Positions 35,401-48,600 of a stretch of DNA of 64,000 bases are shown one piece after another. Every line of letters begins with the position of its first letter. Within the stretch, counting starts at the first letter, position 1. This DNA is from Squalus acanthias (Eukaryota): NCBI GenBank assembly GCA_030390025.1, contig CM059431.1:159218001-159282000 (forward strand), written 5' to 3'. Under the pieces are notes generated by a model. That model did no database searches, was not told the origin of the DNA, and saw nothing but the letters and a program-made list of their open reading frames with translations. The position numbers and the translations under genes were made by a program.

Positions 35401-37200
35401 GCCCCCTTTTTGTTTTTAAGTTCTACCCATATGGCCTCATTAGATGAACCTGCTATGATATCATCCCTCCTTACTGCAGTAATTGACTCCTTCATCAATA
35501 TTGCGACACCCCCTCCTCTTTTACACCCACATCTGTCTCGCCTGAAGATTCTATACACCGTAATAATGAGCTGCCAGTCCTGGCACTCCCTCAACCTTGA
35601 CTCCGTGATAGCAACAATATCATACTCCCATGTGTTCATCAACAACTTTATTTATCTGCCTTACTCGCAAGACTACTTGCATTGAAATGAATGCCCGCCA
35701 GACTTGCCATCCTCCCTTGAGCCGTTACATATTTGCTCTGACTTCCAAACTGATTTGTTTTTTCCTCTATATTTGGCTGCGCATCACCCCCTACTATAGC
35801 TCCACTCCGTATACCATTCCCCTGCATAGTTAGTTTATATTACCCCTAACAGCTCTAGCAAACCTCCACGCAAGGATGTTGATCCTGGTGCAACCCGTCC
35901 GACTTTTACAGGGCCCACCTTCGCCAGAAACAGACACAAACATCCAGGAAACTAAAGCCCTCCCTCCTGCACCAACTCTTTAGCCTCGTATTCATCTGCT
36001 CTATCCTCCTATTCCTATACTCACTAGCACGTGGCACCGGGAGTAATCCAGAGATTACTACCTTTTTTGTCCTGCTTTTTAATCTGTTTCCTAGCTCCCT
36101 AAATTCTTGTTGCAGGACCTCATCTATCTTTCTAACTATGTCGTTGGTACCAATATAAACCACGACCTCGGAATTCACGCACAGCCCTTTCAGAATGCCC
36201 TGCAGCTGTTCAGTTACATCCTTGACCATGGCACCAGGGAGGCAACTTACCATGCTGGAGTCACGTCTGCGGCCGCAGAAACGCCTGTCTGCACCCCTCA
36301 CTATTGCGTCTCCTACCACTAATGCACTTCCACTTTTACTCCTCCCCCCTTGTGGAGCTGAGCCACCCACAGTGCCGTGAACTTGGATCTGGCTGCTCTC
36401 CCCAGAGGAACCATCACTTTCACGCGTTTCCTACACGGAATAACAGTTGCTGCGTGAGATGCACTCTGGGGCTTTCCTGACTACCGACCTGCCCCCCTTC
36501 TTCTGACTGGTGGTCTCCCATTCCCTCTCTGACTGCACTTTCTAATTCTGCGGCGTAAGCACGTCCAAAAACGTGCTATCCATGTAAGTCTGAGCTTGCG
36601 GATACACCGCAGTGCCTCCAGCTGATGCTCGAGCTCCGAAAACCGGATCTCCAGTTGGCCAAACCAGTGGCACTTACTGAACATGTGGTCATCCTGACTG
36701 CAAGAAGCGTCTAGGAAATCGCACATGCTGCAGGAAGTGCAACGCACGGGACTGAGATCAGCTGCCACAACCTTAATTAAAAAACTCTTGCCTCAAATTT
36801 AAACTCTCGGATTCTCGCTCTCCCGAACTACCTTAACTATGAAGTACCTTAAAAAAATAGACTTAAAATTGAAGAAAAAAAAACGCTAAACCACTATTCA
36901 CTAATCAGCTTCTTCCCCTGCGCCGACGTCACTTTGGAACAGGTATTTCTTTCAATCTTCACCAAGGCACTTAAATTTAGACGACCAAGTTTGGATAAAA
37001 GCGAGAAATATTGAAATACTCATCAACCAATCATTTACCTGCTTACTGTTGACGTGATACTTCGATGAATTTTTACTTCTTTACACTCACGGGTCCTTTG
37101 TATCTCAGCCGCTCCTGCTGCTTTTACTGCAGCCGTCGTCTCGCGCTCTCCAGCCGCTCCCGCTGCTTTTACTGCCGCCGAATATTGACACTTTTTTATT
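32460..37200 (-). mobile_element. Near full-length decayed CR1: 5' UTR, ORF1 (Cys-rich/leucine zipper plus esterase) and ORF2 (endonuclease plus RT)
   Basis: ORF1 CTSCSMC..LEIRFSELEHQLEAL (36481-36768) and VVGDAIVRG..CLPGA..YIGTND (35906-36370); ORF2 YDIVAITES, GEHFGDSDRN, KSSGPDDMYP and RPVSLTS. Confidence 0.92.
32922..33295 (+). mobile_element. tRNA-derived V-SINE (HE1-like) inserted into the CR1
   Basis: A/B-box head GGTGGCATAGTGG...GCTTCGAATC; V core GTGTGGAGTTTGCACATTCTCCCCGTGTCTGCGTGGGTTTCCTCCGG; CR1-type tail; 8-bp TSD ATTAACAT at 32914-32921 and 33296-33303. Confidence 0.92.
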
Positions 37201-37479
37201 TCATTGTTTTTAACACCAGTTGACTTCATCTCTCACTATTCAAAAAGAACCTTCCTTTTTGCTGCTCAAAATGTTTCACTATTTCATAAATATTATGTTT
37301 CAGCTCCAACAGCTTCATTAATTCCACTCTGTCGTCTCAGATGCGGATATTTGTCACACTAATCATATCAGCTGATACCCTTGCCACTGCTTCATTCACC
37401 TATTCTGTGAAACCATTGTTGTTGGTGGTTTCAGCACGCGGCCGTCCCTTCCCTTTTCACTGAACTCAACCTTCATGCC

Positions 37480-37830
37480 CCAAGAATTTGAACCCTTCCC
37501 CCTTACTCCAGCCAAGCAGTCTCACATTGACCTGCCTCATATTTCCCTCATTAAGCGGCCCAGTGCAAAACAATCCAGAGATCTCCAGCTTGAGAGCTTG
37601 TCTTTAATCTAGTGCCTCAGTCTCAATATTCCCTCTGTAAACGTATTTCTATCCGTGTTACTGATTCCGACCCTGGGTAATTTCTTCTCTCCTTTCCTTC
37701 CAGATTGTTCTTCTCTCCAGCACCAGGGATGCATATTTCCAATTGGCACCTGCTCAGGGCTGAAGACGAGTCTGTCTATTCACCTGACTATAGAATCTCC
37801 CACCACTATCGCAATCCTATTTTTGTTCCC
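37480..37830 (-). mobile_element. Old CR1 ORF1 esterase fragment; paralogue 56150-56360
   Basis: Minus strand AIVVGDSIVR*IDR near 37770-37812. Confidence 0.6.
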
Positions 37831-38519
37831 ACCTGCCTCTCACCTCTGCCCAACTCGAGGTGGCCTCCTGCTCTCTGGAGTCACACTGTTGCTCAGGAAA
37901 ACCCTCCTTCGAGTCACTAGCTCTATCTAGCTTACAGTCCCCAAAAAAACAGGTATGTATTGGTCCGTTCCAATACTCAGGGCTCCATGCACCTGTGACT
38001 GCTGTGCCCCTCTAGAGGGTCACTCACTTCCCGTTTTGTACTCAGCTCATGTCCTGTTCCCTCTTCCTGTGTGAGCTGCAGGTTCTGCACGAGATCTGCT
38101 CCCTTTGTTGGTACAGAAATTATATTTTAATGAATTTTGTGAACCTACCTCTGTTATTTCTCAAATTTCCTGAAATTGTTGGCTACTTTCCCCTGTTTCG
38201 AACTTCGGCCATGCCGTTGACAGGCGTTCCCAGGTTCTGATGCTCTTTAATAAATACATTAATAGGAGGGATAGGCAGAAATATTAAGATGAGAAGCAGA
38301 ACGTTGCCTTATTAAACATGATATCAAGGCCCTCCTCACCCATCAGTACAGCAAACTGTTCGCTCTAGTTACCAGCATTTCCCGACAGTTACCATCACCA
38401 CTCCAGATCAGGTGTGACACAGACAGCTGCCCAGTGAAATCCAGTGAGTCCCGCTGATCTTGAGTGTGCATTTTGTATGCCGCTCCAGACCCGAGCCGTC
38501 CACTTCTATTTCCACATTT

Positions 38520-40860
38520 TTCTCCCGTTTTTTCCTTTTCTCTCTAAACCTACCTAATCGCTCTCTCCAGTCGTCATACCTCCGTTCATCTCTGCGCTTT
38601 CGGATACGCTGCTTTCCCTAATCCCTATCACAATCCTTCCACATCCCCCTTCCCCCTCAAACTTACTTCATTCTGTGTCGAAAAATCTCTCTCCCAACAC
38701 TCTTAAAAACTGCATTTACGACATCCCAGCTATCTAGCTTTTGGCCCTCCATTCACCACAACATTTCTACAGCTCCCGATCAGCTGAACCACACCCTCAC
38801 CACCACCTTCGATGCCCTACTCCCTATTAAATCAGTCACATTTTATCACCCTCGCTTTTCCAATTGGTACAGCCCTCATATCGTTCCCTTAACTCCAGGA
38901 GATGCAGAATTGAACTGATGTGGCGGACAATGGGTTTAGCCATTTGCCGCCAGTTCTGGCTGGACCACTTAAAGCATTATCGGGTCCTGCTCTCGTCTGA
39001 AAAAAATGCTCACTATTCCAAAATCATTCTGGAATGCAAAGACAAACCCCGGCTTCTATTCTCCACTGCTAAACATCTTCTTAAACCTCTCTCCCCTGAC
39101 TCCTCCACCTTCACCTCCAACAACAATTGCGAAAGGCTCATAAATGTATTTGTCTCTAAGATTCAGACCATCCGATCAGCTGCCTCTGCCACTTCTCATC
39201 CTTCTCCTATCCCACCGGGAAAATATTCAATAACGCTCCCTCTGCCCTAGCCCTGAACTCGCATCTTTCTCCAGCTTCTCTCTGGTCTCCTCCCCTGACC
39301 TCTCCGTTACTCATCGTGTCTATGAGAACCAGTTCCTGCTCGCTCGATCCTATTCCCAGCTAACTGCTGACCACCAATTTCCTTTTTTGGCTCCCATGTT
39401 AGCTGACATTATTAATGGCTCTCTCTCCTCAGTTCTCTCCCTCTCTCCTTCAAATCTGCCGTCATCACCACTCTCCTCAAATAAATAACTCTCGACTGCT
39501 CCGTCCTTGCAAATTTCCGCCCCAACTCTAACTTCCCATTCCGCTCCAAATTCCTTGATAATGTTGTTGCCTTCCAAAGCCATTCTCATCCTTCCTGGAA
39601 CTCCATATTTGAGTGCCTCCAATTGGGTTTCCGCCCCTGTCACCGTAATGAAACGGCTCTCATCAACGTCACAAATTACATCCTTTGTGACTGCGAAAAA
39701 GACAAATTATGCCTCCTCGGCATTCTCGAATTCTCAGCACCCTTTGACACGCTTGATCACTCCACACTCCTCCAACGCCTTTCCACCGTCGTTCAGCTGT
39801 TTGGGACTGCACATGTCTGGTTCCATTCTTATTTAACATAGACAGAGAATCACCTGCAATGGCTTCTCTTCTCACACGCGCATCACTGCCTCTGGTTTCC
39901 CCCAAGAATCTATCCTTGACCCCTTCCTATTTTTCATCTACATGCTGCCCCTTGACAACAACATCGGAAAACAAAGCTTCAGTTTCCAAGTTTACGCTGA
40001 CGCACGCAGCTCTCGCTCACTATCACTTCTCTCGACCCCTTCACTGTCTCTGAATTATCAGACTGCTTGTCCGACATCCAGTTCTGGATGAGCAGAAATT
40101 TTCTCCAGGTAAATATTGGGAAACCATTGTTTTCATTCCCCGTTACTGACTCCATCCCTCTCCCTAACATCTGTCTGAGGTTGAACCACACCTTTTTCAA
40201 TCTTGGATTCAGATTTGAGGCTGAAAGGAGCCACCGACAAAGTTTCCGCGGCCTAACTAAGACCGCCTATTTCCACCTCCACCATCGCTTGTCTTCAAAT
40301 GTGCATCAGAACATCTGCTCCTGAAACCCGCATCCATGCCTTTGTTACCTCTAGACGTGACTGTTCCAAAACACTCCTGGCTAGCCACCCACATAATACC
40401 CTACGTAAATTAGAGGCCACTCTAAACTGGGTGCCAGTGTCCTATCTCGCACCAAGTCCCATTCACCCATCACCCCAGTGCTCGCAGACCTTGGACAATG
40501 TGGACAACTTTCCATACCTCGGGAACCTATTTTCAACAAGTGCGTCGATGACGAAGTCCAACACCGCCTTCAGTGTGCCAGTGTTGCCTTCGTTCGGCTG
40601 AGGAAGGCCGTGCCTTCAGTTGCCAAGGCTCTAAGCTGTGGAAATCTCTCATTAAACCTCTCCGCCTCTCTACCTCTATTTCACTCCTTCATATCGCTCC
40701 TTAAAACCTACCTGTTGGAGCAACCTTTTAGTCAACTGCGCTAATTTCACCTTATGTGTCACGGTGTGAATGTATTTTCTTATAACAACAACTTTTATAC
40801 CTATAGCGCCTTTAACGTTCTAAAACGTCCCACGGCACTGCACAGGACTATTGTAAGACA
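38520..40860 (+). mobile_element. Degenerate L2 LINE
   Basis: GFRPCHRNETALINVTN and FSAPFDTLDH motifs; similar to 57050-60030. Confidence 0.88.
40490..40607 (+). mobile_element. Short RTE-clade LINE fragment inside the L2
   Basis: LDNVDNFPYLGNL / DDEVQHRLQCASVAFVRLRK, typical RTE RT C-terminal motifs. Confidence 0.7.
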
Positions 40861-40956
40861 AAAATGATGTACTGCAGATGCTGGAAAACTGAAATAAAAA
40901 CAAAAAGTGCTGGAGAACCTCAGCAGGTCTGGCAGCATCAATGACGAGAGAAACAG

Positions 40957-40993
40957 AATAAACGTTTCAGGTCGATGACCTTTCGTCAGAATT
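40957..40993 (-). ncRNA. Minimal hammerhead ribozyme motif with weakened stem I
   Basis: Minus strand AATT-CTGACGA-A-AGGTC-ATC-GACCT-GAAA-CGTT-TATT; palindromic AACGTT helix III. Confidence 0.7.
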
Positions 40994-41268
40994 GGAAAAA
41001 AGCTGGACATGAAACAGATTTTAAGCAAGTGTAGAGGTTGGGAAAGTGGGGAGGGGATGAAAGAACAAAAGGGAAGTTCTGTGACAGGATATAAGGCGGA
41101 AGAGGTTAAGAGACATTGAGAGATATTCAAGGCAAAAGGAGATGGTAATGGGACAGATTAAGAAACGAACGATGGCTCTCGATGAAGTGTAAATTGCGCT
41201 GGCAGAATGAAAGACAGCTGCCATCTGGGGGAAAAGAACAAAAAGACAGACAAAGAGTGTGGATAAAA

Positions 41269-41271
<3 letters not shown>

Positions 41272-41303
<32 letters not shown>
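41272..41303. repeat. (AT)n microsatellite
   Basis: Direct reading of the sequence. Confidence 0.98.
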
Positions 41304-41306
<3 letters not shown>

Positions 41307-41606
41307 AGGGGCCGAGGTTATAACCTGAAATTGTTGAACTCTATTTTGAGTCCAGAAGGCTATAAAGTGCCTAATCGGAAAATGAGGTGCTGTTCCTCGA
41401 GCTTACGCTGAGCTTCCGTGTAACAATGCAAGAGGCCGAGGTTGGTGAGGCTTGAGTGGGTTGGAGCGGTGAGATAAAGTGACAGGCGACCGGAAGCTCG
41501 GGGTCCCCCTTACGGAATGAACGCAGGTGTTCCGCAAAGCGATCACCGAAGCTGCGTTTGGTTTCCCCAATGTAGAGGAGACCACATCGTGAGCAGCGAA
41601 TACATT

Positions 41607-42128
41607 GGCCTAGAAATTCGGGTGGCCGGCTTGCCGCTGGGGTAAGGATCGCGCGCGCTCTTACCTACCGCGCCTGCCGTTGTGTTTCGGGCCCATAGGA
41701 ACTTCGGGTCCTGGGCCTCTCCCTAGTGCCGGCGCGCAGTGCTTGCGTGTCCCAGGGGCGCAGTTAGTGCGATGCGAATCCGGGGATCACGTGGGCCATG
41801 GAGAGCCAATGGCAGCTGACCATCTTTCATTCATAGTTTTGACAGGAGAACCTGTCAAATCTGTGAATTGAAATCGGTCCAAAAAGAACAGCTGAACCGC
41901 AAATAAATTTTTAAAAAACCATCACATTAATAAAATAAATATAGTTAAATAAATTAACCACTTTAAACTAAAATTTAAATTTTTGAAAAAATTTAAATTC
42001 TTTTTAAAAGTTATAAAAATAAACTTACCTTTCTTTAAAGTTTCTAAAGAAGATAAATCTGTTGAAAACTATTTAAACTTATACTTAATTAGCTACTTAC
42101 CTTGTTCAAAAGGGGTCTTACGCCTCCT
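41607..42128. mobile_element. Truncated MITE (left arm plus AT-rich core)
   Basis: ATT-GGCCTAGAAATT start; homologous to 515-1035; TTTGACAGG-AGAA-CCTGTCAAA hairpin. Confidence 0.8.
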
Positions 42129-42601
42129 TTTTACTTAAATCGCTGTATCACCTGGAAGGGTTGTTTTGGACCCTGGACAGCTGGAAGGATGGTGGTATAA
42201 GGGCATGTTTTGCATCTCCTGCGTTTGCACGGGAAGGTGCCGGGCGAAGGGGAAGGGTTGTTGGGAGTGATAGAGAAGTGAACTAGGCTTTCGCAGAGGG
42301 AGCGGTCCCTATGGAATGCTGAAATTGGAGGTGAGGAGAAGATGCGTTTGGTGGTGTGATCACGCTGGAGGTGTCGGAAATGGCGGCGGTTGATCCGTTG
42401 AATGTGGAGGCTGGTGGGGTGAAAGTTGAGGACAATGGGAACTCTGTCGTGGTTCCGGGAGGGAGAGGTAGGGATGAGGGCGGAACTGCGGGAGATAGAA
42501 CGGGCACGTTGAAGCGCCGTGTCAACCAATGTAGCAGGGAATCCTCGTTGAGGAAAAAGGAAGACATGTCAGAAGCACTGGTATGGAAGGTGGCATTTTA
42601 G

Positions 42602-45600
42602 GACACCCTCACTGACCCAGTCCCGACACCCTCACTGCACCAACCCCAACAGCCTCTCTGACCCAACCTCAACACACTCTCTGACCAGCCCCAACACCCT
42701 CTCTCACCAGCCCCAACACCCTCCCGCACCAGCCCCGACATTATCACTGACCCAGCAACACAACGACAACCAACTCACGCAGGCCAGCACCGACACCACA
42801 CTCACCATGCCCTACACCGACACCCCACTGACCCAGCCCTATACCGACACCACACTGACCCAGCCCTACACCGACACCCCACTGACCCAGCCCTACACCG
42901 ACACCCGACTCACACAGCCACACTCCGACACCCCACAGACCCATTCCGCACACCAACACCTCACTGTCCCAGCCCAACACCGACACCCCATTGACCCAGC
43001 CCAACACCGAAATACCAACGACCCAGCCCTACACCGACAGCCCACTGTCCCAGCCCAACACCGACACACCACTGACACAGCCCAACACCGACACCACACT
43101 GACCCAGCACAATACCGACACCCCACTGACCCAGACGAACAGCGACACCCCACTGACCCAGTCTTACACCGAAACCCCACTGACCCAGTTCTATAACGAA
43201 ACCCCACTGTCCCAGCTCAACAGCGACACCCCACTGACCCAGTCCCAACATCAACAGCCTCATTGACTCAACACCGACACCACACTGACCCAGCCCAACA
43301 CCGACACCGCACTGATCAAGTCCTACTACGAAACCCGACAGACCCAGCCCAACACCGACAACACAGTTACCCAGCCCAACACCGACACCCACTGACTCAA
43401 TGCAAACCCGACACACAACTGACCGAGCCCAACACAGACAATCCACTTACCCAGAACAAAACCGACATCATCTCTGATCCAGTCCGACACCGACACCACA
43501 CTGACCCAGCCCAACACCAAAACCCATTGACACAGCCATACACCGAAACTCGAGTTACCCAGGCCAAAGCCGACACCCCACTGACCAAGTCCTACACCGA
43601 CACCCCACTGACACAGCCCAACACCGAAACCCCACTGGCCCAGCCCAACACCGACATCCCACTGACCTAGTCTTACACCGACACCCCACTGACCCATTCC
43701 TATACCGAAACCCCACTGTCCCAGCTCAACAGCGGCACCCCACTGACAAAGTCCCAACATCAACAACCTCATTGACCCAACACCGACACCACACTGACCC
43801 AGCCCAACACCGACACCGCACTGATCAAGTCCTACTACGATACCCGTCAGACCCAGCCCAACACCGACAACACACTGACCCAGCCCAACACCGAAACCCA
43901 CTGACTCGGCGCCAACCCGACACACAACTGACCGAGCCCAACACAGACAATCCACTTACCCAGAAGAAAACCGACATCATCTCTGATCCAGTCCGACACC
44001 GACACGATACTGACCCAGCCCAACACCAAAACCCATTGACACAGGCATACACCGAAACTCGAGTTACCCAGGCCAAATCCGACATCCTCTCTGACCCAGC
44101 CCTACACCGACACCAACTGACCAAGACAAACACCGACACCCCACTGTCCAAGCCCAACATCGACACCCCAATGAGCCAAACCCGATACCCCACTGAACCA
44201 ACACCGACATCCCACTGACCCAGTCCTACACCGACACCCCAGTGACCCAGCCCAACACCGACACCCCACTGACAGAGCCACACTCCGACACCCCACTGAC
44301 CCAGCCCTACACCGACACCCCACTGACCCAGCCCAACACCGACACCCCACTGACAGAGCCACACTCCGACACCCCACTGACCCAGCCCAACACCGACACC
44401 CCACTGACAGAGCCACACTCCGACACCCCACTGACCCAGCCCAACACCGACACCCCACTGACCCAGCCCAACACCGACACCCCACTGACACAGCCCAACA
44501 CCGACACCCCACTGACCCAGCCCAACACCGACACCCCACTGACCCAGCCCAACACCGACACCCCACTGACCCAGCCCAACACCGACACCCCACTGACAGA
44601 GCCACACTCCGACACCCCACTGACCCAGCCCAACACCGACACCCCACTGACCCAGCCCAACACCGACACCCCACTGACACAGCCCAACACCGACACCCCA
44701 CTGACCCAGCCCAACACCGACACCCCACTGACCCAGCCCTACACCGACACCCCAGTGACCCAGCCCAACACCGACATGCCACTGACACAGCCCTACTCCG
44801 ACACCCCACTGACCCAGCCCAACACCGACTCCGCACTGTCCCAGCCCTACATTGACACCCCACTGTCCCAGACCAACACCGACACCCCACTGTCCCAGCC
44901 CAACACCGACACCCCACTGTCGCAGCCCAACACCGACACCCCACTGACCCAAACGAACACCGACACCCCACTGACCCAGTCCTACACCGACACCCCACTG
45001 ACCAAGTCCTACACCAACACCCCACTGACACAGCCCAAAACCGACACCCCACTGACCAAGTCCTACACCGACACCCCACTGACACAGCCCAACACCGACA
45101 CCCCACTGACCAAGTCCTACAACGACACCCCACTGACACAGCCCAACACCGACAACCCACTGACCAAGTCCTACACCCACACCCCACTGACGCAGCCCAA
45201 AACCGACACACGCACTGACCCAACACCGACAGCCCAGAGACGCAGCTCAGCACAGAAACCCTACTGACACAGCACAACAACGACACCCCACTGACCCAGC
45301 ACAACAACGACACCACAATGACCCAGCCCAACACCGACACCCCACTGACGCAGTCCTAAACCGACACACCACTTACCCAGGCCAAAACCGACATCCTCTC
45401 TGACCCAGCCCGACACCGACACTCACTGACCAAGCCCAACACCGACACCTCACTGACCCAATCCAACACCGACACCCCACTAAACCAGAATAACACCGAC
45501 ACGCCACTGGACAAGACTTAGACCGCCAGCCCACTAACACAATCCAAGACTGACACCCCACATACCCAACCCAACACCGATACCCTCACTGAACCAACAG

Positions 45601-48600
45601 CGACTCCTCAGGCACCTTACCTAAAGATCGACACCCCACTGACACAAACCTACAACGGCACCCCACTGAGACACCCGAACACAGAAATACCACTAACACA
45701 GCCCAAAACCGACACCCTAATGACCCAGCCCGACACTGCATCCCTCACTGGCCAGACAGCGACACCCCACTGACCCAGTCCAACACAAACACCCCACTTA
45801 CCCAGCCCCACACCGAAATCCCACAGGCACAGACATATAACGAAACCCCACTGATCGAGCGCAACACCGAAACACCACTCACACAGCCAAACAACGACAC
45901 CCCACTCACCCAGCCCAAAACCGAAACCCTACTCACCCAGCCCAACACCGAAGCCCTACTCACCCAGCCCAAAACCGAAACCCTACTGACACAGCGCAAT
46001 ACCGAAACCATACAGACCCAGCCCAACACCGACACCCCACTCACCCAGCCCAACACCGAAACGCTACTCACCCAGCCCAACACCGAAATTCCACTGGCAC
46101 AGCCCAACACCGAAACCCCACTGACACAGCCCAATACCGAAACCATACAGACCCAGCCCAACACCGACACCCCACTGACCCAGCCCAACACCGACAACCC
46201 ACTGACCCAGCCCAACACCGACACCCCACTGACCCAGCACAACACCGACAACCCACTGACCCAGCCCAACACCGACACCCCACTGACCCAGCCCAACACT
46301 GAAAATCCACTGACCCAGCCGAACACCGACACCCCACTGACCCAGACTAACACCGACACCACATTGACCCAGCCGTACACCGGCAACCCACTGACCCAGA
46401 CCAACACCGACACCACACTGACACAGACCAACATCGACACCACACTGACACAGACCAACAGCGACACCACATTGACCCAGCCCTACACCGACAACCCACT
46501 GACCCAGACCAACACCGACACCACACTGACCCAGCCCAACACCGAAACCTCACTGACCCAGTCCAACACCGACACCCCACTGACCCAGCCCAACACCGAC
46601 AACTCACTTACCGAGCCCCACACCGACACCATACTGACCCAGCACAACACCGACACCCCACTGACCCAGCCAACACCGACACCCCACTGACCCAGCCCAA
46701 CACCGACAACTGACTGACCCAGCCCAACACCGACAACCTCACTGACCCAGCAAAACACCGAAATCCACTGACCCGGCAACAACCCGAAAACACACTGACC
46801 CAGGCTTACACAGACACACCACTTACCCAGGCCAAAACCGACATCCTCTCTGACCCAATCCGACACCGGACCCCACCTACCCAGCCCAACACCGACAGCA
46901 CACTGACCCAGCCAAACTCCGACACCACACTGACCCAGCCCAACACCAAAACCCATTGACACAGCCATACACCGAAACTCGAGTTACCCAGGCCAAAGCC
47001 GACACCCCACTGACCAAGTCCTACACCGACACCCCACTGACACAGCCCAACACCGAAACCCCACTGGCCCAGCCCAACACCGACATCCCACTGACCTAGT
47101 CTTACACCGACACCCCACTGACCCATTCCTATACCGAAACCCCACTGTCCCAGCTCAACAGCGGCACCCCACTGACAAAGTCCCAACATCAACAACCTCA
47201 TTGACCCAACACCGACACCACACTGACCCAGCCCAACACCGACACCGCACTGATCAAGTCCTACTACGATACCCGTCAGACCCAGCCCAACACCGACAAC
47301 ACACTGACCCAGCCCAACACCGAAACCCACTGACTCGGCGCCAACCCGACACACAACTGACCGAGCCCAACACAGACAATCCACTTACCCAGAAGAAAAC
47401 CGACATCATCTCTGATCCAGTCCGACACCGACACGATACTGACCCAGCCCAACACCAAAACCCATTGACACAGGCATACACCGAAACTCGAGTTACCCAG
47501 GCCAAATCCGACATCCTCTCTGACCCAGCCCTACACCGACACCAACTGACCAAGACAAACACCGACACCCCACTGTCCAAGCCCAACATCGACACCCCAA
47601 TGAGCCAAACCCGATACCCCACTGAACCAACACCGACATCCCACTGACCCAGTCCTACACCGACACCCCAGTGACCCAGCCCAACACCGACACCCCACTG
47701 ACAGAGCCACACTCCGACACCCCACTGACCCAGCCCTACACCGACACCCCACTGACCCAGCCCAACACCGACACCCCACTGACAGAGCCACACTCCGACA
47801 CCCCACTGACCCAGCCCAACACCGACACCCCACTGACAGAGCCACACTCCGACACCCCACTGACCCAGCCCAACACCGACACCCCACTGACCCAGCCCAA
47901 CACCGACACCCCACTGACACAGCCCAACACCGACACCCCACTGACCCAGCCCAACACCGACACCCCACTGACCCAGCCCAACACCGACACCCCACTGACC
48001 CAGCCCAACACCGACACCCCACTGACAGAGCCACACTCCGACACCCCACTGACCCAGCCCAACACCGACACCCCACTGACCCAGCCCAACACCGACACCC
48101 CACTGACACAGCCCAACACCGACACCCCACTGACCCAGCCCAACACCGACACCCCACTGACCCAGCCCTACACCGACACCCCAGTGACCCAGCCCAACAC
48201 CGACATGCCACTGACACAGCCCTACTCCGACACCCCACTGACCCAGCCCAACACCGACTCCGCACTGTCCCAGCCCTACATTGACACCCCACTGTCCCAG
48301 ACCAACACCGACACCCCACTGTCCCAGCCCAACACCGACACCCCACTGTCGCAGCCCAACACCGACACCCCACTGACCCAAACGAACACCGACACCCCAC
48401 TGACCCAGTCCTACACCGACACCCCACTGACCAAGTCCTACACCAACACCCCACTGACACAGCCCAAAACCGACACCCCACTGACCAAGTCCTACACCGA
48501 CACCCCACTGACACAGCCCAACACCGACACCCCACTGACCAAGTCCTACAACGACACCCCACTGACACAGCCCAACACCGACAACCCACTGACCAAGTCC

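Larger units (their letters stand above)
40865..42600 (-). mobile_element. Penelope-like element (second lineage): linker, GIY-YIG and 3' region, interrupted by a MITE
   Basis: ORF 42131-42529 with PCKRRRCKTC; CIRCSRCGLLYIGETKRSFGDRFAEH at ~41525-41603; hammerhead in the 3' region. Confidence 0.9.
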
